Source of the DNA: Setoptus koraiensis
Lineage: Eukaryota > Animalia > Arthropoda
Direction of reading: 5' to 3'
Assembly (NCBI GenBank): GCA_048013815.1
Contig: CM106585.1
Coordinates: 3,596,001 to 3,660,000 of the forward strand
DNA length: 64,000 nucleotides
The stretch's first letter is position 1. Every line of letters begins with the position of its first letter. Below, piece by piece: positions 12,812 to 25,132 of this stretch. The translations under genes were made by a program, and so were the position numbers. The notes beneath the pieces are model-generated. The model was not told the origin of the DNA. It did no database searches and was given only the letters and a program-made list of their open reading frames with translations.

Positions 12812-15099
12812 CGACTCGCGAGCGACTGTTGTTGTTGTTGTTGTTGTTGTTGGGCACACTTGCTTTATTCACCTGTTCCTGTCCACTTGTTTGTAAGCCT
12901 GTTTGTAGGCTCATTTGTTTGTGCTCGTTAGTTTGTTTGCAAACGACACACACACGCAGGCCGATATTGACCAGATTATGCAATTTAAGTAACTGGCAAT
13001 ATCAATTTAACCCTTGCCAGAGCAAGAGCTTGCTCGTGTCGAGTGTGTACAGTGTGCAGTGTGCAGTTTGCACGTGCCACAAGACAATATTGTGTCAAGT
13101 TGACTAACAGCGGCGTAGGATAGGAAAAAGTGACTGTCATTTTGGTTGGCGCCGCGTGTTGCCGGTCAGCGAGTTAGCGAGTAAATATAGCCAGCGCCCG
13201 CCAACACCCAGGCGATATGGGCACTATCCACATCTACATAAGTAATGAGTTTCTTGTTACTTCATCTACACACAATATTGTCTTCTCTAATTAAGACACT
13301 GCACACACACAGAGACGGACAGCTAATTTGAAGTGACTCACCGGCCACTTAATTAACTTGTCTCACTGGGCACAAACTCGTCGCAAACTATAATAACTAG
13401 CCTACACTGATGCAGCCAGCGTGCCATATCAGTCATCGTGTTGTGATATTGTGCGTGCCTCAACGGTCTAGACGAGCCAGCTTATATATATTATGTGAGC
13501 TAAAAAAGAGAGATGATGCTGCAACTGCAACTGCAACTGCAACTGCAATGGCAACGCCAACTGCATCGAAATTGTTTTCTCTCCATCTCGTGGCTTGTAA
13601 ATAAAACAATCTCACTCGTTGTGCGCCATACTTTTAACTCTTTGTCCCTCTTGAATCACTCGTCGCAATTCTCGTTACTGCTGTTATGTAATAACAATAA
13701 TAATGATAATAAATTGTTTTTTGTTCGCTTGTTCATTCGCATGGCTGCGTCCGAATCGTTTATACTTGCCTGTTATTACGCGAGCCACAATAAAGGCACA
13801 AAGGAAACGAAATAAATTTTGTTGGCCCAACCAGCTATAAGCTATAAGTTACCAATTATTACGTTTTGGCGCAGCCTGCCAAAACCACTCAATGCTTAAT
13901 GAGTGGCCACTGTACGAGCTTACGTAACTGTTACGCGTTATGTAATGCTCGCTAGTAGTAGTGGTAGTAGTGTAAGTAGTGAAGTAGTAATCGATTGTTG
14001 TTGAAATCGCCATCACTGCTTGCTACTGTATTATAACTCGCTACACTGTTATAACTACTGCTGTATGCTCCTTGGCCAAGATAATGTTTCAAATTGAACT
14101 CTTGTCGACAAGCCTTGTCGTAAATTATTTGTTGTCGTTATCATTTGCTCTCTGTCGCTTTGTTGCGTGCCATTGTGGCGAAAAACTTTCTCTGACCAAT
14201 TCTAACAAATATAAATAGTTGCACATGAATGACCGCTAAACGTAGTTTATTTGTTTCCGTTGCACTTTTGACCACTAACCGCCAATAACTGATAGCTAAT
14301 CACTACTATCTGCCACAATCTTATTAGCGTTATTAATTGTTATTGTCTGCTTTATAACTAATAACCAAACTAATTGTTTAAGTTGTTATGTTTCAAGCAA
14401 CACACATACACACAAACCATAAATCACAAACTTGGTGAAATTACAAACTTTTCCATTCATTCAGCTGTCATGTCTATCTGATGCTATTGTTTTGTCTCGT
14501 TTGGTGTCCATGTATGCAAACAATCGACTTGCATTCACGTGCTTGCAAACTTACCTTAGTTTTGTTGCTGGTTGTTCGCTGATCATTGATAGTGATTCTT
14601 TTCAAGTCGAACAGCTTTGATTCTTGTTGGCGTCTCTAGCACGACGGTTCGGGACGTTAGAACAACTATTATCATATTTTGGAAAAAAATTGAAAAACTT
14701 TTCACTTGCGACTAACAATTAAATCTTGCGTTTTGCTACCAAAGTTTATTAGTATTATTATTATTATTATCAAATAATCATAGTCGTGTAGTATAAGTCT
14801 AAGTATTGGATGGAATCACATGTTTAACTAACAATAGCAGATAGAGAATGATTTAACTCTTTCAAATCACAACAAATACACACACATACAACTCGTAAGT
14901 AGCTCAACTGAAATGAATATCCAACATCTAGCTGGTGCGCACAATCAGCTCCATTGCGAGCCCTGGTTAGCTCGCGAATGCGCAAGCGCCATGTCCAACT
15001 AAATGTCCATAGCTCCCTTTCTCTTTCTCGTGCTCTTTTTACCACTTTCTCACTGATTGCGCCGAGCGCGCTGAGATCTCGAGTGAAATTTTCCTTCTT

Positions 15100-15837
15100 T
15101 CACATGTCGCCCTGTTCCATACCAAAAGTGCTCATGGCGTCGTCCTCTTCGCTTGCGTTCCACATAACCCGCTCCTCGAAGAAATTTATCACTAGTTGAG
15201 GGCAAGCAAATCTTGCGATGTTGGCGGTGATGAGATCTGCTTTGTCCATATTTTTCCATTTGATCAAAAACTGCAACTGCCCCTCCGATTGCGTTGCTCC
15301 AATGATTCGCTCGGGCACATGAGCTGGAGCAACATCGCGAAACAGAACGGTCTTTGTTGGAGTTGTTTGTTTTTTTGTCGATCCAAAACCACTAGACCTA
15401 GTGCTTTTGGCGGACTTTGTGGGCACACTTTTAGCTTGGCCATTTAAGGATTTTTTCCTCGTTTTTGGCGGTGTTTCCAGTTTAACATCGTCATCATCAG
15501 CCGTGGCGTTGGCATCATAAGTCTCATTGAATGCCTTTATCAGTTCGGGACAATCGAGATTAGATTCAGGCTCCCATGTGTTAGCGTCGTCTGAGTATCC
15601 TTTCCAGCGGAGAAAATACGTATATTCTTTCAGTGTATCGCTCCATTTTTTATCTAGGATAGACTCAACAACGTACTCATTTGTTGCAATGTCTTCGTCG
15701 TCGTCATCATCCACATCTGGGCCTGTAGTGATGTCTTCATCGTCTTTGTCCTCGTCACTAGGTACAACGACTTCTTCCACTTGTTCCTTCTCCACTTTGT
15801 TGGTTTTTCGTTTTTTTGTTTGCTTTCTGGCGCCCAT
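15100..15837 (-). CDS. HP1: Heterochromatin protein 1 (chromobox; chromo + chromoshadow domains), 245 aa, intronless
   Basis: Acidic N-terminus; chromodomain EYVVESILDKK...YFLRWKGYSDDANTWEPESNLDCPELIKAF with the aromatic cage (Y,W,Y) intact; basic hinge; chromoshadow VPERIIGAT...LQFLIKWK..DKADLI.A..A...CPQLVINFFEER. Start context AACAAAATGG. Confidence 0.95.
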   Translation of the reverse strand: MGARKQTKKRKTNKVEKEQVEEVVVPSDEDKDDEDITTGPDVDDDDDEDIATNEYVVESILDKKWSDTLKEYTYFLRWKGYSDDANTWEPESNLDCPELIKAFNETYDANATADDDDVKLETPPKTRKKSLNGQAKSVPTKSAKSTRSSGFGSTKKQTTPTKTVLFRDVAPAHVPERIIGATQSEGQLQFLIKWKNMDKADLITANIARFACPQLVINFFEERVMWNASEEDDAMSTFGMEQGDM

Positions 15838-16720
15838 TTTGTTTTGTGAGTGTTGCTGTTGTCGTTGTTACTATCTGATGTGCTGCTGTTGTTGTTGTTG
15901 ATGTTGCCGCTGAGCTGTATTTGCCTGGTGCAGATTACAGATGGTGCGATAGTATTATAACTAATAAATATGATGATATTAACTGATGATATTACTTGTA
16001 GCCAACTGTAGTGGTAACAATGTGGTTAGCGGATAAGTTGCGGATAAATGCAACAGCGCAGTGTGTTGACACAACAAGAAAAATCACCCTGGCGCATCAG
16101 CTGGCACATGCGTTGCACTACGAGATTTTCGCACGTTCGACTGGGTGTGCCAGTGCTGTGGGCACAGTGCTGTCGTCAGACGCACCGGTGATCGTGACTG
16201 CGCCCACTTTGCTGCTTTGTTTCAATAATCGCGCTTAGTGGCGCGCCTAAACACAGCATCGTGTTGCATGCAATATGTGCTTCAATTGCATCGCGCCAGA
16301 TGACGCTATCGAACGTGCAACGCCTGGAACACGAGACACACCACCACGATGAGGCAGCATTGCGTTTATTATTATAGTATGCTGCACAAACTGTTGGTGC
16401 GGTGTATAAATAATAAAACTGCGCTTCAAGTAAACAATTGTTGTTGTTTGCATAACCATACGATAGATCACGGCAAACATAACGATGGCGTTGCTAGTGC
16501 TGCCGCGTTAGTAGCAAACACATCACACAATCACGTAATCGTCGATTACCATTAACGTTGTTATCGTATCGCGTATCATTATCACAGTTAATTATCATTA
16601 GTTAATTAATTAATTGATTGGCTCCAATTTACCTTAAAGTGAAGCAGGCATCCTGACGGGCACACAGACAAACAGACAGCAAGCGACACAGTGAGAGGGC
16701 AGCGGAGCTAGAACAAAAAC

Positions 16721-17917
16721 ATGAACAACATACTGGCAAACGTTCGCAGCAGACTTGTGAATATCATACAAGCACGTGGAGAGCCCCTAACAGTGGCAGA
16801 ATACATGAAGATAGTGCTGACCAATTCAGACAATGGCTTTTACATGAACAAGGACGTATTTGGCACCAAGGGCCACTTTACTACAAACCCGGAAATCAGT
16901 CAGATATTTGGCGAAATTTGTGGCGTGTGGATCATAAACGAATGGCAGCGATTTAAATGTCCAAAACCGCTGCGAATCGTTGAATTGGGCCCTGGCAGAG
17001 GCACGCTCATGTCAGATATTGCACGCACATTAAATCAATTTAGACAATCTAGAGAGGTGGCCTCGTTGCATCTTGTTGAGGTGTCGCCATTTCTAACACA
17101 AATACAAGAACAAACACTTTGCGGCACTACTAGTCTCATAGGTAGAAACGACAGCAATCGCTCAGATCATAACTCTATCACCAAAAATGGCCTACCTGTA
17201 ACATGGTACAGGAGCCTCAGCGAGCTGGACGCACTACCTAGCGGATTCACTGCTTTTATAGCTCATGAATTCTTTGATGCTTTACCCATACACAAGTTTG
17301 TTCGCGATCCCAATAATAACAGAGCCTGGCGAGAGCTATTAGTGGATTATGATAAAAATCATCAATTACGCTTTGCGCTAGCTAGACAGCCAACAACAGC
17401 TAGTAGACTGCTAACTGAACCATACGCCCACAGCCAATTGGAACATTTAGAGGTGTGTCCGGAGGCCGGCCTCCATGTTGAGAACATTATGAAACGTTTG
17501 AATAGTAAAAACAGTGGCTGTATGCTTATGTGCGATTATGGCTATGAGGACGATAAACTACAAACAGACCGAGACACTTTCAGAGGATTCAGAGAACACC
17601 AACAATGGCCACCGCTCACCGATCCGGGCACTGCCGATTTGACGGCCGATGTTGACTTTGGCTATTTGAAACGAGTTGCCCAAGATCAAGCCACCATCTT
17701 TGGTCCAGTATCTCAGGCCAGATTCTTGTTGAAATGTGGCCTGGAACAACGATTAAATCAGCTACTGCAAAATGCTGACAACGAGGAGAGAGAAAATTTA
17801 AAATCTGGAGTCAAGATGATGGTCGATGACATGGGTGAACGATTCAAGTTTATGGCACTGTTCCCGAAAGGTGCCGAATCCCTATTCAAGAACAATCCAC
17901 CTGCCGGATTTGATTAG
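16721..17917 (+). CDS. NDUFAF7: Protein arginine methyltransferase NDUFAF7/MidA (complex I assembly factor), 398 aa, intronless
   Basis: Family motifs GEPLTVAEYMKIVLTN, GFYMNKDVFGTKGHFTTNPEISQIFGE, SAM-binding IVELGPGRGTLMSDI, LHLVEVSPFL, AHEFFDALP, CDYG, TFRGF, PGTADLTADVDF, GPVSQARFL, MGERFKFMA. Confidence 0.95.
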   Translation: MNNILANVRSRLVNIIQARGEPLTVAEYMKIVLTNSDNGFYMNKDVFGTKGHFTTNPEISQIFGEICGVWIINEWQRFKCPKPLRIVELGPGRGTLMSDIARTLNQFRQSREVASLHLVEVSPFLTQIQEQTLCGTTSLIGRNDSNRSDHNSITKNGLPVTWYRSLSELDALPSGFTAFIAHEFFDALPIHKFVRDPNNNRAWRELLVDYDKNHQLRFALARQPTTASRLLTEPYAHSQLEHLEVCPEAGLHVENIMKRLNSKNSGCMLMCDYGYEDDKLQTDRDTFRGFREHQQWPPLTDPGTADLTADVDFGYLKRVAQDQATIFGPVSQARFLLKCGLEQRLNQLLQNADNEERENLKSGVKMMVDDMGERFKFMALFPKGAESLFKNNPPAGFD

Positions 17918-18034
17918 TGAATGTGATTAAATGATATTATTGTTTTCATTTTTTTTTATATATATTAATACCATCATTTATATATAGATATATACATATT
18001 TTATATATATTGTACCATTGTTTCGTAGATCGGA

Positions 18035-18153
18035 CTATTCGCAATTGTTATGGCAATCAACTCCCAAGGTGTTGCAAATACATTTTTTGCATTTATCGCT
18101 CAACTCGTCAATAGTCTGTCCTACATTATAGAGGCGTCCGTAGATGTTGCAAC
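18035..18153 (-). CDS. tnc: Tenectin-like gene, terminal exon 4 (short fifth VWC domain); absent from the ORF track
   Basis: Acceptor ...TTTCAACATAACAG| then (G)CNIYGRLYNVGQTIDELSDKCKKCICNTLGVDCHNNCE*. Phase 1 matches the donor GGTTCAG|GTAATT at 18286/18285 (132-bp intron). Confidence 0.85.
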
Positions 18154-18285
18154 CTGTTATGTTGAAAGTGGATGATAAGTAAAAAATTAGTAAATTAAAG
18201 GGACCGGCGGATCTTTGTTAGATGATTGGTTATTAATTTCACAGCATAGTTTAGGCATGGTTTATAAACAAACTTCTCTAATTAC

Positions 18286-21200
18286 CTGAACCTCCTAATG
18301 GGTCGTACGGGATGGCTTCGTCAGAATTGTGGGCCTGAGAGGTCGTTGCAATAACGACGTTCGTTGTTGGACTGGCCGTTGTAGTTGTGGTAGTAGTAGT
18401 TGTGGTGGATGTTGATAGGGGCGTTGAGAACATTATCGGTTCTGTGACGGGTACGCTGCTGGTAATCCTTTCGTCAGCTCTAACGACAACTGTCGATCCA
18501 ATTGTCGCGTCGTCCGGTTGACCTCTTTGATTTCCTGGCTGCATTGTGCTGCTAACGGAAGTGTGGTCCGTGGTTTGGTCATTCAACTGATTGAAATTGC
18601 TTGTTGTTGACGACAGAGATATTAATTCTGATTTTGGCTGCATGGTTTGTTTGTCTGTCTCTAATTGATGATGATCATTCATTGTTGATGATGGTAGTGT
18701 TGTTGTGGTGGCGGCTGATACATCAGGCGTTGTGGCTTGAGTAGAGGGCATGGGTGTCATCAAGTGTTGCTGATGATGATTGGGATTTGTGACAGGTGCT
18801 GCTATTGGCCTGAATCCATCAGTTTGTCGAATGTTTGACGACGACGAGGAAGAAGGGATACTATTGAGCGCTTGTGGTCTTGAATTTGAATTAATTGACT
18901 CAAACAGTACCCTGCTAGTATCTTGTTTATTTTCTGTTTTGTGATGTGCATCAGCTCTCATTATGTCATCGTCAGGATGACTACTTATGGTATGTTGATG
19001 TTGATGGTGGTTGCTTGTTGAGGATGGTATCGGAGATTGTTCATTGTCGTGATTGGCAACTATAATTGGCAATTTTAAATCTTGTGGCGGATCCATTATC
19101 ACTGGCACCAATTGAGAGGATTGTACAACTGGCTGATTGCTGTTAATTTGTCGATTATTGTTTGGTGTTACATTCAATGTTAACGGTGGCTCTACATTGT
19201 GTATGCCTCCAACTATACGATTGGTTGGTTGTTGTTGGTGATTGACATTAATCAGAGGAGGCGCCAGTGAGGTAGATACCGGCTTAGGTACGAGGGGGCC
19301 AGTATGTTGAATTCGCGGAGACCATTGATTTCTTGGACTTTGTGCCAGAAGCTGATTATTAAGGGAATGCTGTTGCTGTTGTTGATTTTGTGGTTGCGGT
19401 TGTGGTTGTGGTTGGGCCTGGGGCTGTAGTTGGTGTTGGTGTTGTTGTTGTTGGCCCAATTGTTGGGAGCCGTATTGGAATGGACGCTGTAGTACCAAGG
19501 ATAACAAGTCGTTGTTGTTTGTCACCGGGTTTTGTCTAAACGCGGACATTGGTACATGCTTCTGTATTTGCACTAATGATCCAATTTGGGGACTGTTTAC
19601 CATGCCATTGAATGGCTTTTGCTGATTGAATATTGGATTGAAATTGGCATTATTTATTGGTGCCATCATTTGACTAGGATTTGTGTATATTTGGTTGGGC
19701 TTGAAGCGAAGATGTTTGGGTAGATTGTTTGATGCCGGATTAGAATTGGCATGCAAATTGAATTGATTATAATGATTGGCTTGTTGGTGTTGTGTTGCTG
19801 CCAGAAAGTCGTTCATTTTGATAGGGACAGCAATTGGCAAGCCATTGGATAGAGAATGGCGTTGATTGTTGTTATTGTTGTTGGCGAACATATTGGCGGG
19901 CCTCTGATGCTGAGACAGTTGCTGGTTGACTGGAGCCAATTGAGACTGCTGGCCTGGAGCCAATTGAGACTGCTGGCCTGGCATGCCGTTAATTGCCAAC
20001 AATTGCTGCTGGCTGTTTAGAGCAACATTGTTGCCAACTGCCGATGACGATGGTCGCCGATGCTGGTCTTGCGATTGTTGTTTCTGTAGCTCAGACTCAA
20101 TTGTTTGCTGTCCACGTGTTGAATGTTGTACGGGAAAATGTACCTGATTTGATCCGTTTGCTGGTTGTTGCTGTTGTTTGTCACGTTGATTGCTGCTAAT
20201 TGCATTTTTGTTCAACGAATGATCAGATAATGGTGTTACCTTTAATGCATTCACCTCGCTCAATGTATTCTCTTCGATACTGTGATCAATGGTTGCCAAC
20301 ACTTTAGTCAAATTAGATGCTCCAGTTGAGGGAGGCTGCGGGGCCGACAGCATGACGCTTGGTGCATTCGCGCTTTTGGCATTCACTTCCGTCGGAGGGG
20401 TCACAGGCGAGGCGATGTTGTTTGCTTGCATCGGCTCTGGCTTCTTTTCGTTGGCAAGCAGTATCGTTGGAGATTCCGACGACACAATTTGTAATTGATC
20501 ATTTGTCACACCTGACGGAATGGTTGTCGATGATTCAACGGCTGATGCAGACACATTGGTCTGTTGTTGTTGTTGTTGTTGCTGCTGCTGCTGATATATG
20601 ATGTTGCCACAGGTGTATTCGGGACAACATTTGCCCTCTTGTCTGTTTGCGATACAATTGACTTGGTCAGTGGGCTTGGGTGGGCATGTCAGTGTTTGAC
20701 ATTTTTCCTCGCCAAAGAAACAGAAACAACGGAGGCACGGGTCCTGTTTGTCAATCTTTTCGCCTTGTTTGTACGTTTTAGAGCCGTCAAAACTGACGCA
20801 AACAGGCCTGTTCTGTTTGTCACTATTATTGTCGTTGTCTATGTTATTCACTATCCTTGGTTCGTGAATTCTCCTGATATTTGATTGATCCTGCGAATTT
20901 GCAACTATGAGGCTAGAGCTACTTGGCACTGATTGGGCCGATTGCATCGGATCCTCTTGACGCTCACTGGTATGTTTTGTCTCTTTTGTTGCACTAGAGT
21001 GGGCCACATTATCTGCAGCCGATGACGTTGACGGAGCCGATGCGGCAACCGGATGCCATGTTTCACCTGTATTAGAGGCGCCACTGTGGTCACTCTGCTG
21101 ATCTGAAATGATATGCTTCGCTGTGGCCTTGTTGTTGTCGAGTGGTGCACTGTCCACATTTGCTCCATTAAATGTTGAAAGCTGCTCGCTAGCGGATTGC

Positions 21201-22095
21201 GGGCTGACCGGTAGGCGATCGCGACTAGTGTCACCGTCCTCTTCCAGCTCATCACCGTTGTGCTGGCCCGGGATGGACATGCCAAATCGTTGCATGAAAC
21301 TAGCCGAGTTACCCACCGATTTGGCGCTAGATTCTCTCACGTTGGTGCTCATGGCCGCAGGCGAGCTACTCACTGTGAATATGTCCAAATCGATGGGTGT
21401 CATAGAGGTGACCAATTCTACAGGTTGTTGTTGTTTGGCTGCCAATTGTTTTGTTTGCTCGATGGCCGGATCATAGGGCGAAAACATAAGCTTATTTGTA
21501 GAGCTGATTGGTTTTACATTGGTTGCGTCATCGAGTCGTTTGGCCTGGTCACTTCTGTGATATTCGCTGGTGGGTTTATTCAATTGTTGTTGTGTTTGGG
21601 TTAGTTTCTGGTTGTTTGTTTGTTCCACCGAGGCATGATTGTCGTTGGCGTTGGCGTTGTTGTCGACAAGATTGCCTATGATGCGATTCAACACAGAATT
21701 AGCTAGCTCTGTTGGTGGCGTCGACTCGGCGCCCACTGTAGTTGCAGCATAATTTTGCTCCGTTGAGCTGCCAGTCAAACGTTGAGGAATCAATCGCTGA
21801 CCAAACGATTTCATCCATGACAAAGCGCCACCTAGATTCTGGACCCATTTCGATCGTTCGCCGTCCACCAAACCAATTGGAGTGCCTGTTGTGGGCTGAC
21901 CCGGCCATGGCGCCGGTGTCTCTGTGACCCCAAACGATTGGCCAGTGTTGCCAGTAGTGCTGGCGGTCACCTGTGGGGCCGCATCGGTGAGCGGTGAGGC
22001 CTGGCTATTGTCCTCGGTGGCTGATGTTCTATGTCCGTTAGACAGATTGGCACTTCGCTGGTTGTTGATGGAATGTCTGCGCTGATAATAGACTC

Positions 22096-22135
<40 letters not shown>

Positions 22136-24936
22136 ACTATTTTGCAGGCCATTGATAATATTGATGCTGTTGTCATTGAGTATGGCCGCATTTCTGTAAG
22201 CGGATCCGTTAGATTCGTCATCGAACTCAACCAAACCGGCCGACGATCCACCAATCTGGCCATTGTTTGTTGGCAACGATCTGGTAACAGTTGAGCCAAC
22301 TCGACTGACCGTTAGCAAACTGTTGTTGTTACTGTGCGGTACCTGTTGCTGTCCGTTTGTTGTTGCAGAACTAGCAGCAGGATTAGCGGGCACCAACTGG
22401 TCGGTGGCGCCGGGTCCGTTATTGTCCAGGTAATCGATGTGGCCAATGTCGACAGCGTTAGAGGCCGTGGTTGTTGTTGCCGTGGGAAGGTAGCCACTGT
22501 TGCTGCCACTGTGATTGTCATTGTCTGGTTGTATTGTGCGTTCGCGCTGTTCACCAAACGCCTGGCTTGACGTTGCCCCAACAATGGCCGGCTGGCCGGA
22601 TGGAAATTGTCTAGCTGAGAAGAGATTGTCCAAGGAATTGTCAACAATTATATTGCGCGTTGGGGTGCTTGTTGTAGTTGCTGCGTCATTGTTGACGTTG
22701 CTAGTGTAAATTGGAATAAATTGATTTAGTTGGGCCCTCTCATGATTTGCACTGTTGTTGCCTATTGTCAGAATGGTCGCTGTTGGATAGGCGCCATTGA
22801 TGGTGTTGGCCAGTGTCGCTGTCTTGTTGTGCTGCTGCATTGCTTGTTTAAATGTCGCCTGTTGAGCCTGAGCCATTGTGGTTGCGTAATGCACCGATGA
22901 TTCATTGAGCCGTTGTTTGCTGTTGTTGTCGCTGTTGTTGTTGTCGCTGTCGTTGCTGTTGTCGTTCATAGTGGGCACGGTGGGTGTTGTGGTTCGCATC
23001 ATCGGAGCGGTCACCTCGTAATCGCGCCTCGGTTCAGTGTTTACAAGGGACAAATTCAAATTAATTAACTGGTCAGGTGCTGAATAAACCGGCGCCGGCT
23101 GTTCATTGGCGAGCTGGCTCTTTCTCACCAGACCATTGATAAATGTGTCAACAATCTGGTGATGCTGCTGCTGCTGTCTCAAGGCTGCGGCCTCTTGGTC
23201 AGTGTCGCCCGAATCGCCTGCATCTGCCCTAGTTGCGCGGCCCGCCGCCGCCGCCCCATTGCCGATAATGGCGCTGGCCGTTGTTGTTGTGGTTGCATTA
23301 TGGTCGTCTGGCATTATTGTTTGCTGATGATCAATGTCAGAAACAAGCTCGTAAATGGAGCCCTGACCCAATGGGGCCAGTTCGGCGTTGACGGCTCTAT
23401 TTCGGCTGATTTGTGAGTTGCCTGCCGACGTGGTCACGTAGCCACTGTTGGCCGGCAGTGCATTGTCGCAAGACTCGCCATTGGCACTGTTGCACTGAGT
23501 GGTGCCCTCAAATGAATTCAATTTCAAGTTGTTCAAGTTGCCGTAATGCTGCTGCTGACCCCCCGTTGTGGGCGCCTGGTTGTTGGCTTGCACAGGTAAA
23601 CCGAACTCGTCTAAGGGCGGCTGAGCCATCGATGTTTGCAATGCGTTCACTTGGTCGCGATATTTTTTTATGGCCTCGTTGATGCTTCGCGTCGATTGAT
23701 TGTGCGGATCTAAAATGCCCACTCTGTTGTTTTCTCTCTCTGTGTCGTCTTCCGTTTCTTTGGCTCTTTGGCTTGACGCGTTGCTTGACTGGCGGCTGGT
23801 GAGAGGCGGACAATCGTACCGAATGGGACAACAATGGCCCTCTGGTATGATGGGCGTACAATTGTGTTTCTCTTGCAAATTGCACACTATTGTCTTGCAT
23901 TCTTTCATGCCGTCCGATCCACAATAACAATGTTTGCAATTCTCCATGGTGGGTATTTGTTCGCCAACTGTAAATATGCGACCATCATCGTTACAAGTGC
24001 TAATTGGGGTCACCATTGGCCCCAGTTTATTCATGGGCTCCAAGAACGACTTGTCGTCTGTGGCACTGTTGCCCGTTCCATTGGAGTGTTGACCTGTTGA
24101 TGTTGTCGTTGCTCGCCTGTTGTTGGTGTTGTTTTTGTTGCTGTTATTTCTGGCTTGGTTGTTGTTGTTGCTGTTTCTGTTGCTGGCCTGGCTAGAGCTT
24201 GCCGTCCGCTGTACGTTGCTGTTACTATCACGCTTGTCGTTGCTAGCGGTCGAGTTTGTGGTTGTTTGTTTTTGGTTGTCATTGTTGTCGCTTGCACTGT
24301 CGCCAGTGTCACTGTTGTCCGATTCGCCGCCGCCGCTGTCGGTGCCCTCTTCCGATTCGCCGTCGCCATCGTCGCCGTTACTTGATTTGTTTGTATTGTC
24401 CGCCGAATCGCTGTAGTCCGCGGGCGATTCCTCGCGCGACTCGGGCGCGCTAGTAGCGTTGTTCTTAGAGGAGCTTTCCGCTGATCGTTGCGCCATCGAG
24501 CTAACTGATGGCGGTGTTGTGGTGCTTGTCGTGTTGCGTGTTGCGGGTGCCGGTGTTGTTGTTGTCGTTGTTGTTGTGCTAGTCGTTGATGTGCTGCGGT
24601 GTTCGCTGTCTTTCAAATATTGCAATTGATCCGTCAATTGTGCCACCAGAGACGAATGGCTCAACATGTTGTTGCTGTTGTTGTTGTAAGCTCTCAATGC
24701 GCCACTTGTTGTTCCAATGGCTGCAGACGATGACGGCGACGAGTCACACGAGTAACTTGTCGGACAGCAAGCATACTCGTTGCTGTATTGCGGAGTGCAA
24801 CCGGAAATAGACAAATGACACTTTGGCCTGATACACATCATCTTTTGCCTGATGCAATAACAGTACTGACAATATTCTTTCGGTTCAAGAATAACCGCTG
24901 AACCTTCCACATACACTGAGCCGTTTATCATGCACG
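18286..24936 (-). CDS. tnc: Tenectin-like secreted mucin/VWC protein, giant exon 3 (6651 bp; VWC domains 2-4 separated by T/S/N/Q-rich spacers)
   Basis: Three Cys-rich VWC modules (CMINGSVY..YCQYCYC..CCPTSYSC; CNDDGRIF..CKHCYC..CCPIRYDC; CVSFDGSKTY..PCLRCFC..CCPEYTC) within a low-complexity ORF. Acceptor CCCTGAAG|CG, phase 1. Spliced CDS 280+984+6651+119=8034 nt (2677 aa). The tenectin name rests on architecture (signal peptide, 5 VWC, mucin spacers, short last VWC), not on a database search. Confidence 0.9.
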
Positions 24937-25132
24937 CTTCAGGGTGACAGCAGGGTGATTGGATCAGATTGATTAGATTTTAATTAATTAATTTATGAGT
25001 TAGAATGAGTTAGACTTGCATGGTGCGTGGTGCATTTGTGTTGGCAAATTTTCCTTTTCAAGATTAATTAAGCTCGATTCAATGACACGAGTGAGTCAGC
25101 TCACGCCAGCGTATGATTGATATGATACTCAC

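Noticed and set aside
19993-24810. Numerous plus-strand ORFs rich in V/L/C
   Set aside because: Antisense shadows of the tenectin-like exon, caused by CAA/AAC/ACA repeats.
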